A stretch of 64,000 bases of DNA from a virus, in IMG/VR virus record IMGVR_UViG_3300025648_000012, positions 78,722-142,721 of that record. One strand, written 5' to 3'. Under the pieces are notes generated by a model. That model was not told the origin of the DNA, did not search any database, and worked only from the letters and a program-made list of their open reading frames with translations. Made by a program: the position numbers and the translations under genes. How positions within the stretch are numbered: the first letter of the stretch is position 1; each line of letters opens with the position of its first letter. Below are positions 35,922-45,747 of this stretch, piece after piece.

Positions 35922-36420
35922 TGTAACTGCAAAGCCTTGTGAGTTTTGGGTTTACAAAGGAAAAACACCAATAGTAGTTTCCTCAATGGAAATCACTCAA
36001 GGAACAGTATTTGGACTACTTACCGAGGATTTCGGTAAGATGGTTTTTCCTTCAAATATGAACAAGGAGTATTTAGTTAGTGCTGACACAATTAAAAACC
36101 TTCTAAAAGGAAACACGAAAATGGCTAAGGGCAAGTTAACAGCTCATTACGTATCAACTGAAAAAGAAAGAGTGGAATCTCTAATTAAAGATGAGCAGTT
36201 TTACAAGTTTTGGATTTACACTGGTAAAAAGCCTATGAGTTTTAATTACCGTGGAACTAACTACAGACTAGAACCAGGTGACCAGTTTGGTGTTAGAGAG
36301 TCCGCAGATAAAAAGAAGATTCGTTTTATACTTGGAGAAGATGTAAATAGAGTATTTACCATTGAACATTCAGCTCTAGTTACACTTTCTAAAAACTCTA
36401 AACCGGCAAGAAGGGTTTAA
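35914..36420 (+). CDS. Hypothetical protein made of two related domains
   Basis: FWVYKGKTP...TQGTVFGL and FWIYTGKKP...EPGDQFGV. Confidence 0.6.
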   Translation: MFSVTAKPCEFWVYKGKTPIVVSSMEITQGTVFGLLTEDFGKMVFPSNMNKEYLVSADTIKNLLKGNTKMAKGKLTAHYVSTEKERVESLIKDEQFYKFWIYTGKKPMSFNYRGTNYRLEPGDQFGVRESADKKKIRFILGEDVNRVFTIEHSALVTLSKNSKPARRV

Positions 36421-36449
36421 TAGCACAGTTAAAAGCAACAGGAGGAGTA

Positions 36450-36905
36450 ATGTTTGACTCGATGAGTAACGAAGACGAAGATACTCGAGATTATCCAGTA
36501 GTTGCCTTTGGGTTTAAGGGGGATATTCCAATAGGAGCTATTTCTCAAGACATGCTTATACTTCATAATGAATATAAAAATATGAAGTGCGCGCAGGACG
36601 ATGCCGTAGACCATCTTGCTTCCGCTACGGGCATTCCTATTGTTGATGAAAAACCAAACGTAATACTATTCTACAAAACAGAAAAGGGTCAAGAAATTCC
36701 TAAGTATGCGACTCCTTGCGAAGTAATTGTACGGGAATTAGTAACAGAAGACCCTCCTCAAGGGGTTGTACCTCCTGATATGAAAACTTTAAATCCAAAT
36801 AGACATTCCTGGAGGTGGGGTCCTAACCTTACGGAAATGTACTTAAACAGAAAAGCTCCTACAGGAGCTCCAATAATTGACCCGAGGTTGTACCACTTGT
36901 ATTAA
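36450..36905 (+). CDS. Hypothetical protein
   Basis: AGGAGGAG RBS and ATG. Confidence 0.6.
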   Translation: MFDSMSNEDEDTRDYPVVAFGFKGDIPIGAISQDMLILHNEYKNMKCAQDDAVDHLASATGIPIVDEKPNVILFYKTEKGQEIPKYATPCEVIVRELVTEDPPQGVVPPDMKTLNPNRHSWRWGPNLTEMYLNRKAPTGAPIIDPRLYHLY

Positions 36906-36921
36906 GTTTAGGAGAACATTC

Positions 36922-37806
36922 ATGGCCTTAAAAAGACCCACCATTAAAAATCTACAAACAACTAATAAACCGTTAGTCCATAGCGAAATTGTTAATCCTC
37001 TTAGAAAGAAAGAGGCTAAACTAGAAGCAGTTCCATTACCTCACCCAAAGAATACTAGCGAACCTTTGGCAATAGGTATAGGAATGCCTTCTAGGTTTTA
37101 CTTCTATGAGTTTAAGGACTTATTCATTACACCCTTCAAAACCAAGCATTTAGCCAAACTTAACCATGTAAATGAAACTGGTGATTTACGGTCATTGTGT
37201 GAGACAATTTCTTCAATTTTGTCTACATCCTCTGGAGAGCAAAATTTAGGCTTTAAGCTAAACCTTGGAGACTTTGCGTATGTTCTTCATAGACAGTATC
37301 AAGATCATTTTAAGGGAACCCCATTAACTGTAACTGCATATTGTGAAAATGAAGATCATATTGCAGAAGTAGAAGCTTTACGCAAACCTAAGGATTCTTT
37401 GGTAAACAAAGTTACTTACGCTTCATCTGCTATTAAAATCGTTGAGTTGCTAGAAGCACCACCTCCCCTCTTAATAAAGGGGAACCGGGTTAGACCACCG
37501 ACTCTATCAGATATGCTTTGGATGTCTGATGACCCAACGTTACTCACTAATAATGAATTTTTGTACTTGGTAGGAATTGCAAGCTACCTTGAAGTTTTAA
37601 GCCCGGGAAGTAAAGAAGAAATCCCAATTATGGATAAGGTTAAGTACGTAGAAGAAACACTGGAAGATGTGGACGTATACGCTATTGACGCTTACCGGGA
37701 AAATGCTCCAAAATTTGGAGTTGAAGAATCTGTCAAAACTAACTGTGTAGGGTGCGGCGCATCAATGGAGATTAACTTTTCCATTGATGCGTCCACGTTT
37801 TTGTAA
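36922..37806 (+). CDS. Baseplate hub assembly / tail chaperone (T4 gp26-like)
   Basis: MPSR..FY...I.PF, L.LGDF.Y, RPPT..D, FGV.E...CVGCG...FL. AGGAG RBS. Confidence 0.65.
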   Translation: MALKRPTIKNLQTTNKPLVHSEIVNPLRKKEAKLEAVPLPHPKNTSEPLAIGIGMPSRFYFYEFKDLFITPFKTKHLAKLNHVNETGDLRSLCETISSILSTSSGEQNLGFKLNLGDFAYVLHRQYQDHFKGTPLTVTAYCENEDHIAEVEALRKPKDSLVNKVTYASSAIKIVELLEAPPPLLIKGNRVRPPTLSDMLWMSDDPTLLTNNEFLYLVGIASYLEVLSPGSKEEIPIMDKVKYVEETLEDVDVYAIDAYRENAPKFGVEESVKTNCVGCGASMEINFSIDASTFL

Positions 37807-37987
37807 GAGGTTTATTCCACCGTTTCCTTTAGAATCAAGATTACAAGCAAAGCAGGCAATAATGACATATTACCAATGGTCAGAAGAAATGCCTCTACAA
37901 GAAATGTATTTTCACCTTACTACTATTTCAAAAATTCGGGAAACAAAGAGAAAGGCTTTAGCTGAAGGTAATGTTTTCATTGAGTGA
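37784..37987 (+). CDS. Small tail/baseplate chaperone partner (putative)
   Basis: Overlaps the previous gene. Size and the EMPLQE helix fit small chaperone partners upstream of tape-measure genes. Confidence 0.4.
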   Translation: MMRPRFCKRFIPPFPLESRLQAKQAIMTYYQWSEEMPLQEMYFHLTTISKIRETKRKALAEGNVFIE

Positions 37988-38043
37988 TATTCCATTCATT
38001 GAGTGATATTCATTGAGTAATTGAGTAAACTATCAAAGGAAAA

Positions 38044-40293
38044 ATGAAAGTAAAAAAGAGAGTTGGCGTTAAATCTAAATTTACTACAAGTAATGCTTTA
38101 GTAAGAGCAAAGCAGAAGCAAGCTATGGCAAAATTTGATGCTATAGAGAGCACTGCTCAACTTAAAGTTCTAAACTCCAGCCTGCTCAATGCAGGCATTG
38201 CTACACCTTCGATTGCTATTTCTGAGGCCAACTTAAGAGCGCAAATCGCAGTAAAACGAAAAGTCATAACAAATAAAAGCATTTTAGAGAACAAGAAGGC
38301 TAAGATTGAGTCCATTGAGCATGCAAAAGAGCAGGAAAAGGTAGCTAAAAATGAGACTTTAAGGCTCAAGCAAAATTCTGTGAATAGTCTAAAGGACAGG
38401 CTTATTCAACAGAAAGAAAAAGAAGTAGAGAGCCTTGAGTCTAATCTTTTACTACCAAAGTTTTCGGAATTTGTCGAGGAAACTCAAGAGAACGCTAAAG
38501 TCGCAAGTGCCTTAGTAGCTTCAAAAAATGTCCATTCAGAAATACACGATACTAAACTCAAAATAAAGAGAAAGAAAAAAGAGGGAGTTGAAGCAAGGGA
38601 GCGAGCTGCTGGCACTGCAATGGTAGTGGCTACTCCTTTAAGTACAGATACTTTCGGTGAATTTCTATTAAAGAAAAAGAGAGAAGGAATTTCAAGCCAA
38701 ATAGCTGATATTCTAAATAAGGCTAAGGATAGAATTCTTACTAAAAAAGAAGCAGAAAAAGTAGAAGAACTATCTGAAAACGTAGAATTATCAGACTCTA
38801 TGGAAAAGGCAGTGATGTCTGCCTTAAGAAAGTTCCATAAAAAACAAAAGCATAAAGTAGAAGGAGCGGGTAAAGCAGGAGTTGATTATGCCGCTAATTT
38901 AATTACACGTAAAGTCAAGAGTGTAGCAGGTACTGTTGCCAACATTGCGGGAACTATGGTTCCTGTTGGTAAAGTTTTCGATGCTTGGCAGTTTGCCCAT
39001 AACAAAGTAGGCGATTTTTCAAGCACAAAATACGGTAAATTTATTGATAAGCGGCTTTCGAACCCAAATAGAAGCGACATAAGTAGAGCAGCTTGGCACT
39101 CCATAGATAATGCACTTAGAACCTTTGGAAACACTGTTAAAACTTTACCAACTACCATAAAAAATGCGTTAATGAATTTGCCTTCACTGCTATTTAAGGG
39201 AATAGCTAAAACTCTTGGAGGTATGTTCAAAGGTATTACTAAACTTGGAAGTTTTGCATTTTCAAAAATACGGGGAGCTCTATCGTTTCTTGGAAGTAGC
39301 TCAGGTTTGCAAGATTTAGCAGCAATGGCTCTACTTTGGCCTACATTTATTAGCCCGTTAATCTCCACCATTAAAAAGCAATTAGAAGATACTTATGGGG
39401 AACATTGGATAAGTGATTTTCTAAGTAAAACTTGGTATTCTGGTATGGACTTTCTTGTTGATAAAGTTCGAGATGCTTTTGGCCTAAGTTCCTTAGCGGA
39501 TGCCAAGAAAAATGACCTAAACGATCTGTACGAAAGAGTTTCTACTAAGCCTCTAAGAAAAGGAGCTGGTGGAACTGTAGACATGCAAAATGCAGTTAGG
39601 GATTATGAAGAATATTCTGGAGAAAAAGCTGCAGGCAACACTCTCAAAGAAAAGTACAACTATATTTTAGAAAAAGCCAAGCAGAGTACTTGGAAACCAG
39701 GTAAAGCTGGTGGAGTGGAAGAACCTTTAAGAAACCCACTTGGTTACACGGACACCGTTCCTTCAACTGACTTAGACTCTACTCTACCTACTTCTTTAAC
39801 AGGGGATGTTACTAAAGGCCCGTTAAACCCATCCTCCTTCTTTTCAGATTTATTCTCAAAGGGTACAGTAAAAGGTGGAGGTAAGGGGCTAATTGGAAAC
39901 TCAAAATATCCTGTACTAAATGTCTCACCCCCGGGAACTGCCCCTGTTCCTTTAGTAAAGACTGCACCAGAAAGTTTACAACCCTCTACTCCAGGGTCCG
40001 TACCTGTATCCTCTTATACTTCGTCTACTCCTCCATCTCTAAACGTTTACCCAAGTGGAGTGGCTACAGTACCAGTTAATAAAGTAATGGCTCAACCAAT
40101 GAGTGGAGCAGGAGGAGTTGGGGCTACGGGAGATATGAATAGCATGAACCCGGAACTGATGACGTCTCCGATTGCTCCTTTAGAAAAGCAGCAGTATTCA
40201 GCAAAGCCTTTAACTGCAGGAGGAATTAAAACTTTTGACTGTAGTCCAGAATACCACATGCTAAATGCCTGCTTAATTGGTCAACATCTATGA
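38044..40293 (+). CDS. Tape-measure-like tail protein (putative)
   Basis: Helical N-terminus, amphipathic G/A/F-rich middle, P/S/T-rich C-terminus, and position in the tail module. Confidence 0.5.
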   Translation: MKVKKRVGVKSKFTTSNALVRAKQKQAMAKFDAIESTAQLKVLNSSLLNAGIATPSIAISEANLRAQIAVKRKVITNKSILENKKAKIESIEHAKEQEKVAKNETLRLKQNSVNSLKDRLIQQKEKEVESLESNLLLPKFSEFVEETQENAKVASALVASKNVHSEIHDTKLKIKRKKKEGVEARERAAGTAMVVATPLSTDTFGEFLLKKKREGISSQIADILNKAKDRILTKKEAEKVEELSENVELSDSMEKAVMSALRKFHKKQKHKVEGAGKAGVDYAANLITRKVKSVAGTVANIAGTMVPVGKVFDAWQFAHNKVGDFSSTKYGKFIDKRLSNPNRSDISRAAWHSIDNALRTFGNTVKTLPTTIKNALMNLPSLLFKGIAKTLGGMFKGITKLGSFAFSKIRGALSFLGSSSGLQDLAAMALLWPTFISPLISTIKKQLEDTYGEHWISDFLSKTWYSGMDFLVDKVRDAFGLSSLADAKKNDLNDLYERVSTKPLRKGAGGTVDMQNAVRDYEEYSGEKAAGNTLKEKYNYILEKAKQSTWKPGKAGGVEEPLRNPLGYTDTVPSTDLDSTLPTSLTGDVTKGPLNPSSFFSDLFSKGTVKGGGKGLIGNSKYPVLNVSPPGTAPVPLVKTAPESLQPSTPGSVPVSSYTSSTPPSLNVYPSGVATVPVNKVMAQPMSGAGGVGATGDMNSMNPELMTSPIAPLEKQQYSAKPLTAGGIKTFDCSPEYHMLNACLIGQHL

Positions 40294-41711
40294 TATCTAA
40301 AGAGTTAATTGAAAAGGGAACAAAAACAGCGGAATACACAGTTAATTCCCTCGTTACCTTTGGATTCATTCAAGAATGCAAAGACGTGTTAACTGGAAAA
40401 AAGCCAAATGTACTTAATTATTCTAATCTTATTACCTCAACAGTAACCAAGTATAAAAGGTTTATTGAGAATTCCAAAGAGGTAGAAACTTCAGTATTTA
40501 AGGAAATGTCAAAAGCTGTAAAAACCGTTCTTACTAACCTATTTGGAAATATGATAACTAGAATATGGTCTTTTATTCGAGACGTTATATTTGATGTGGG
40601 GTCAGTTTTTGTAACGAGTTTTTTTAAAATATCAAGGTTTTTAGTAGAAACTGCAATAAAAGTAAGCAGACATTTGCTGGTACTTTTAGTAGAGAACCCT
40701 ATAGCAGCTGGAGCATTAGCCGCAGCTTTGGGAGTTGCCTACCTTCTGTATAAAAAACCTTGGAGAATGAAAAAAGAAGAAACTGTTGAAGCGCAACAGC
40801 CCGTAGAAAGTGAAATAAAAAACTGGGAACAGGCAGCAAAACCTACAACGAAAGAAGGAACCAAAAAATTTGGTATTGAGTATGAAGAAGCTCATAAATC
40901 TTGGAAAGAATCTTTAGAAACTAAAGGTCAACAAGAAAGAGACATAGTATGGGCAGCTAAAGTAGTTGGAGTGGATAAAGGTTTGCTTTTAAGAATAGCA
41001 AAAGCAGAATCATTGGGAACAACTGGAACTAACGCTAAAAACCCATTATCATCTGCGCGTGGCTTATTCCAATTTTTAACTTCTGACTTTACTGATAAAG
41101 ATGGAAAATACCACGAATCTACATGGACTACAGTAGTTAAAAAATACGGTAAAGACTTTAAGAAGTATGGGGGCTATGAGATAACTATGGAGAATCAAAA
41201 TCCATACGATCCCAAACAGTCGTCTTTTCTTGCTGCTCACTTATTAAAAGAATGCAAAGAAAAATACCCATCATTAAAAAGCTCAACTGATTTTTATATG
41301 GTTTGGTTTTTAGGCCCTAGAGCAGAGCAATTCTTAAAACTGTTCCGTAAAAATCCAAATACTCCAAACGAAAGCTTTTTTAAGCCCCTTGAATTTGAGC
41401 AGAATCCTAGCATAATAAAGTATAAAGAAACATTGTGGCATGTCTACCACAAAATGCTCTTAAAGGTATCCGATGCCAAAGATACTCAATACGATAGGCA
41501 GGACTACGCTGAGGTAGAAGCACCCCTAGTTGTAACTCCAAAACCAGTAGCCTTAGTTACTACTCCAGCAGTAGCGCAAAATGAAAAAGTTGTTGCTTTT
41601 AATAGCAAAGAAACAACAAAGAAACAGTACTCATCACCTCCATCTGGTTCTGCTTCAATTTCACAGCCAGAAGTGTACCGAACTCAATTTGGCTTGTACT
41701 CCACCGGCTAA
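40290..41711 (+). CDS. Tail-associated lytic transglycosylase (SLT)
   Basis: IAKAES...AKNPLSSARGLFQF...TW catalytic motifs after a hydrophobic segment. Confidence 0.85.
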   Translation: MISKELIEKGTKTAEYTVNSLVTFGFIQECKDVLTGKKPNVLNYSNLITSTVTKYKRFIENSKEVETSVFKEMSKAVKTVLTNLFGNMITRIWSFIRDVIFDVGSVFVTSFFKISRFLVETAIKVSRHLLVLLVENPIAAGALAAALGVAYLLYKKPWRMKKEETVEAQQPVESEIKNWEQAAKPTTKEGTKKFGIEYEEAHKSWKESLETKGQQERDIVWAAKVVGVDKGLLLRIAKAESLGTTGTNAKNPLSSARGLFQFLTSDFTDKDGKYHESTWTTVVKKYGKDFKKYGGYEITMENQNPYDPKQSSFLAAHLLKECKEKYPSLKSSTDFYMVWFLGPRAEQFLKLFRKNPNTPNESFFKPLEFEQNPSIIKYKETLWHVYHKMLLKVSDAKDTQYDRQDYAEVEAPLVVTPKPVALVTTPAVAQNEKVVAFNSKETTKKQYSSPPSGSASISQPEVYRTQFGLYSTG

Positions 41712-41726
41712 AAGGATTGAAAAACC

Positions 41727-42938
41727 ATGCCATTATCATTGCCTAGCATAAATGTAGCAAATGGGTTACAAGGTTTAGTAGGAAATCAACCTTTGTCCGC
41801 TACAAGTCTTTTGCCGAATCTATCTATTCCCCCTATCGGTGGAGTATCTTCGTTGTCAGCTGCGCTTCCAGGGTCTGCTGGAGCTCAATCGTTATCAAGT
41901 GTAGGAGGTGGGCTTTTAGAATCTCAATCTTCTGGACGAGTATACGGTACTACGGATGAGGATTTAGCTAAGAATCCTAACTACTCCATTACTTTTATTC
42001 AGTACGATGATGCAGGAAATCCAGCAATAACTGTAAAGGCGTTTGCTCCAACCTCTTTTCAAGCCTCTTTTGATTCTCAATTTCAAGCCCCTTTTGCTGG
42101 GGGATTACTTGGTGGTGGCTTTCTTGGAAATTTGGCTGCAGCGTTGACTGGAACGAGGTTAACAGCACAGGCTTTAACCATGCAGGTATGGCAAGGAGGA
42201 GCAGACCACCAATTTACGGTAGATTTGGACCTTACTGCCTGGAGTAATTCTGATGATGTACGTGGGCCTTTAGCTGGGTTAATAGAGATGGGAGTTGCAG
42301 GAGTAGACAACGGATTGTTTGTTGCTCCTGGCCCGAGATTAGATCCCGAAGAAACAGGTAAAATACTTGCTGGGCTTTTTACACAAACTGCGTCTGTAGC
42401 TTCTCAAGTTATATCAGCAAGCAACCCTCCTACGAGTTCTTCTCAGGCAAATACCTCTGGAAGTTCCGTAAATGCCATAGCTTCCGCCGCAAATGATCAA
42501 GCTACAGTAGCGGGTAATTCTCAATCCATAGCATCCGCATTAACAAATAACGGAGCAGTTGCGCAAGAGAAAAAGATAATAGGGCAGTCAAGTACGGATT
42601 TAATGAAGAAAGCGGTTAAAAAGAAAATATCTGTGCAGATAGGACAGTGGTTTACATTACCAAATATAGTTATTACGAATTTAACTCCAGTTTTTGCTTC
42701 AAACATTCTTGATAGCAATGGATTTCCAATTAAAACCTCAGTACAGGTTACCTTTATTCCCTTTTTTCAGTTATCCAAGGAAGACGTTCTAAATATGTTC
42801 GTAAATACCAACTCAAGTCCTGGGGTTGGGGTTGCAAATACTGCAGCCACACTTTCATTAGCGACTGGGCTAACTGGTGGAGTAAAGGGTATAATTCCGA
42901 CTTCTACAGTTAGTAGCGGATTGTCTTTGCTTGGTTAG
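41727..42938 (+). CDS. Tail tube initiator / baseplate protein (putative)
   Basis: QVWQG....F.VDL and IGQWF...IVIT......D.NG.P....V.V.F pattern, plus position. Confidence 0.55.
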   Translation: MPLSLPSINVANGLQGLVGNQPLSATSLLPNLSIPPIGGVSSLSAALPGSAGAQSLSSVGGGLLESQSSGRVYGTTDEDLAKNPNYSITFIQYDDAGNPAITVKAFAPTSFQASFDSQFQAPFAGGLLGGGFLGNLAAALTGTRLTAQALTMQVWQGGADHQFTVDLDLTAWSNSDDVRGPLAGLIEMGVAGVDNGLFVAPGPRLDPEETGKILAGLFTQTASVASQVISASNPPTSSSQANTSGSSVNAIASAANDQATVAGNSQSIASALTNNGAVAQEKKIIGQSSTDLMKKAVKKKISVQIGQWFTLPNIVITNLTPVFASNILDSNGFPIKTSVQVTFIPFFQLSKEDVLNMFVNTNSSPGVGVANTAATLSLATGLTGGVKGIIPTSTVSSGLSLLG

Positions 42939-42951
42939 GGGCTAAATAATA

Positions 42952-43290
42952 ATGAAGACTTTATCACAAACAACAAAGGTAGTTAAAGACAATGATGGTA
43001 CAATTCAACCTGACTTGTTAAACTCCTTGTATGTAAACATGCAATATGAGGTAGTAATTCAAGAAATTTTGCAAGTTACAAGTGCTCACGAAGCTAATTT
43101 ACCTGGCTTAGCTTATTCCTATTACGGCGATGTGGATATGTGGCGTGCAATTTTAGTAGTTAATGGACTAATTGACCCAATATCGGACGTAGTTGCAGGA
43201 ATGTATTTAGTTATGCCAACCCGCGATTCTGTATCAAAATACTTAACTGCAAATAATGCAACGACTTCAATAGCAAAAATAACAATCTAA
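42952..43290 (+). CDS. LysM / gp53 / tail-X-like baseplate protein
   Basis: LPGLAYSYYGD..MWRAIL.VNGL.DP...V.AG..L..P. Confidence 0.75.
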   Translation: MKTLSQTTKVVKDNDGTIQPDLLNSLYVNMQYEVVIQEILQVTSAHEANLPGLAYSYYGDVDMWRAILVVNGLIDPISDVVAGMYLVMPTRDSVSKYLTANNATTSIAKITI

Positions 43291-43305
43291 ATAAGGTACT
43301 ACTCA

Positions 43306-44418
43306 ATGGCGTTTACTGTTGGGCCAACTTGCCGCATAGAACAGATTCTAATAGAAAAGAATAAATTACCGGATACTTTTGGCATTACTTACCTACATAT
43401 TGTATCCTCAGCGGAGGTGTCTCTGCCTACCTGTACTCTGTCCTTCATAGACCCAATAGGGTTTATGGAAAAAATAGGAATAGGGGATGGAACTATAGTT
43501 TCTATTACAATAACCACTTCAGTTACAAAAACGTATGAATTTAGAGTTTGCAAAGTGCCTTTAAGACTGCAAGCTGGTCTTGGGTATACTTATACTTTAG
43601 AAATGTACTTAAATTACCCGCTATATTTGGCTCAAACAGATGAAAACTCTCAAACTGGCCCATCATCTGCCGCCATGACCTACATAGCCAATTCGGTAGG
43701 GTTAAATGGTTCTCAAAATAACATAGTAACTACAGCGGATTCTATGGTGTGGTCTCCAGGAGGAAGAGTTTATTCAGTATGGGCTAGATCTATAGCCTTA
43801 AGAGGGTACAAAAGTTCTACTTCTTTAATGGTGGTTGCAGTTTCAGAAGATGGCGATTTACTCTACAAAGATATATCCTTAGCAAAAATTGCGGTGAACG
43901 TCTCTACAATCTTAACTCCAGGATTTGTATTTTGCCAAGAGTTTAAGCCAACAATAACTCCTGGTGTAAGCAATTTAACTCTTAATTATGACCACACAAG
44001 GTACGCTCAAGATCTAACGCCAATCGCCTACGATAGCATAGATGTTTTTCCTCATAATAATTCCATACTTTTATCCTCAACTGTAGATTCTATTATAACA
44101 AATGGAGGTTGCAGTTTTGGTCCTGTATTGTTTGGAACAACGCACGAGAACTATGACAACGCAGTAGCACAAAATGTTAGAGCGGATGCGACCTATTCAG
44201 TACAGGGAGAATTTTTATTTCCAACATCTAGCGGGTTATCTCTGCTAGACGCTTTTACTTTTGAGTTAAAAACACAGGCGCTAGATAGTCAACAAAATAA
44301 TTCAGAGTTAAAGATAGATTTTTCTGGTAAATGGATAGTTAAAACCAAAATGATCCATATTGAGGGTCCACACTTTGCTGAAAAAATAATTGCTGTCAAA
44401 CAAACACTATCCAATTAG
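43306..44418 (+). CDS. Baseplate hub protein (gp27/gpD-like, putative)
   Basis: Size, position between the LysM-like and spike genes, and C-terminal SGKWIV....H. Confidence 0.6.
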   Translation: MAFTVGPTCRIEQILIEKNKLPDTFGITYLHIVSSAEVSLPTCTLSFIDPIGFMEKIGIGDGTIVSITITTSVTKTYEFRVCKVPLRLQAGLGYTYTLEMYLNYPLYLAQTDENSQTGPSSAAMTYIANSVGLNGSQNNIVTTADSMVWSPGGRVYSVWARSIALRGYKSSTSLMVVAVSEDGDLLYKDISLAKIAVNVSTILTPGFVFCQEFKPTITPGVSNLTLNYDHTRYAQDLTPIAYDSIDVFPHNNSILLSSTVDSIITNGGCSFGPVLFGTTHENYDNAVAQNVRADATYSVQGEFLFPTSSGLSLLDAFTFELKTQALDSQQNNSELKIDFSGKWIVKTKMIHIEGPHFAEKIIAVKQTLSN

Positions 44419-44422
44419 CCAT

Positions 44423-44457
44423 CAGAACAATTTTAACAAAACAATTTTAGGTTGAGC
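44423..44457 (+). promoter_or_regulatory. Conserved intergenic motif, copy 2 (35 bp)
   Basis: CAGAACAATTTTAACAAAACAATTTTAGGTTGAGC, one mismatch to 52548-52582. Confidence 0.65.
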
Positions 44458-44458
44458 C

Positions 44459-45037
44459 ATGATTTTTTCAAATCAGCATCAATTATCCTTATTTCCAAAC
44501 GAATCTCAAAGATACATAGGAATAGTTACTTCCATTACTGACCCTAAAAATTTAGGAAGAGTTCAGATAAAATGTCCAGGAGTTTACCCAAAAGGTTCAG
44601 ATTGGATAGGGATTCAAAGGGATTGCATTGTTGGAGCTTCCCCTTCAAACGCTACGTCTTATGGAACTTTTGGAGTTCCGCCAGTTGGTGCGGAAGTAAT
44701 CTTTGAATTACAAAATAATGACCCTAATTCTGCTATTATAGTGGGTACAAGGCAAACTGCTGCTTTACCAAATGGCTGGAGTACAACTGCATGGGGTTGG
44801 TTAGATATAGATGGAAATTACATACAAGTAGATAAAAAGACATTTAAGCTATTTGTTGCAGCCTCTGGAACTTACCTTGCAGTAGATTCTTCTGGAAACA
44901 TAACAATTTATACTCCTGGAACCATAACTACTAATTGCACAACTGCAACAGTTAACGCATCATCTGGAGTCAATATAAATACTCCAACAGCTACGTTCAG
45001 TACTAATGTAGTTGTAAACGGCACTTTAACAGTATAA
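44459..45037 (+). CDS. Baseplate central spike (gpV/gp5 OB-fold)
   Basis: GIV...DP..LGRVQI..P...W, VPPVGAEV..E....D, followed by beta-helix repeats. Confidence 0.85.
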   Translation: MIFSNQHQLSLFPNESQRYIGIVTSITDPKNLGRVQIKCPGVYPKGSDWIGIQRDCIVGASPSNATSYGTFGVPPVGAEVIFELQNNDPNSAIIVGTRQTAALPNGWSTTAWGWLDIDGNYIQVDKKTFKLFVAASGTYLAVDSSGNITIYTPGTITTNCTTATVNASSGVNINTPTATFSTNVVVNGTLTV

Positions 45038-45078
45038 AACAACAGTATAAGAAAACAACAACCCATGAGTAACAGTCC

Positions 45079-45351
45079 ATGAGTAAACCTGTAGCAGTTG
45101 TTGGTAGTACATCAAGCCATGGTGGTTCCATGATAACAGCATCTGGCTCAAAAGTTATAACGCCTCAAGGCCCAGTTTGTATTACAGGCGATTCTCATTC
45201 CTGCCCCATTTCTGGACACGGAGTAACTTCAGTAACAGGTAACTCTACTCGAGCTACTACTTCTGGTAAAGCAATAGTACTTCAAGGAGCAGTAGCAGGA
45301 TGCGGGGCTAGTATAGTGGGTAACTTTGCGACGAGAGTAGCGTTGGATTAA
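45079..45351 (+). CDS. PAAR-like spike tip
   Basis: SSHGG, GD.HSCP..GHG, G....GCGA. Confidence 0.88.
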   Translation: MSKPVAVVGSTSSHGGSMITASGSKVITPQGPVCITGDSHSCPISGHGVTSVTGNSTRATTSGKAIVLQGAVAGCGASIVGNFATRVALD

Positions 45352-45360
45352 GGAGGAAAA

Positions 45361-45744
45361 TTGGCAACTTATCAGGATGTAAATTCAAATATAGGAATTG
45401 ACTTTAATTCACCGGTATTATCGGATATTAACTGTATTCAAAACGGTTTAACCAATATGTTTTCTACGGTTCCAGGTCAACGAGGTAGAATTTTTCAACC
45501 TACCTACGGTTCTGCCTGGGCTTATCTTTTGCAAGAGCAAATAAGTACTACTAATGCTACAAAGATAATTAAAACCATGATAAACGATATTAAAACATGG
45601 CAACCCTGGATTACAGTAATTGAAGGTCAGTGCACTATTTTAGTGGATTACACTTTGCCTGGGTACTCTGTAACTCTAGCTTGGCAGTTAGCTTCCTCAA
45701 CCAGCACAAATTTTACTTCTTTTGCACTTCAAACAAATGGCTAA
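45361..45744 (+). CDS. Baseplate wedge gp25/gpW-like protein
   Basis: NMFST.PGQR...PTYGS...LL.E...WQP. AGGAGG RBS with TTG start. Confidence 0.85.
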   Translation: MATYQDVNSNIGIDFNSPVLSDINCIQNGLTNMFSTVPGQRGRIFQPTYGSAWAYLLQEQISTTNATKIIKTMINDIKTWQPWITVIEGQCTILVDYTLPGYSVTLAWQLASSTSTNFTSFALQTNG

Positions 45745-45747
45745 ACT

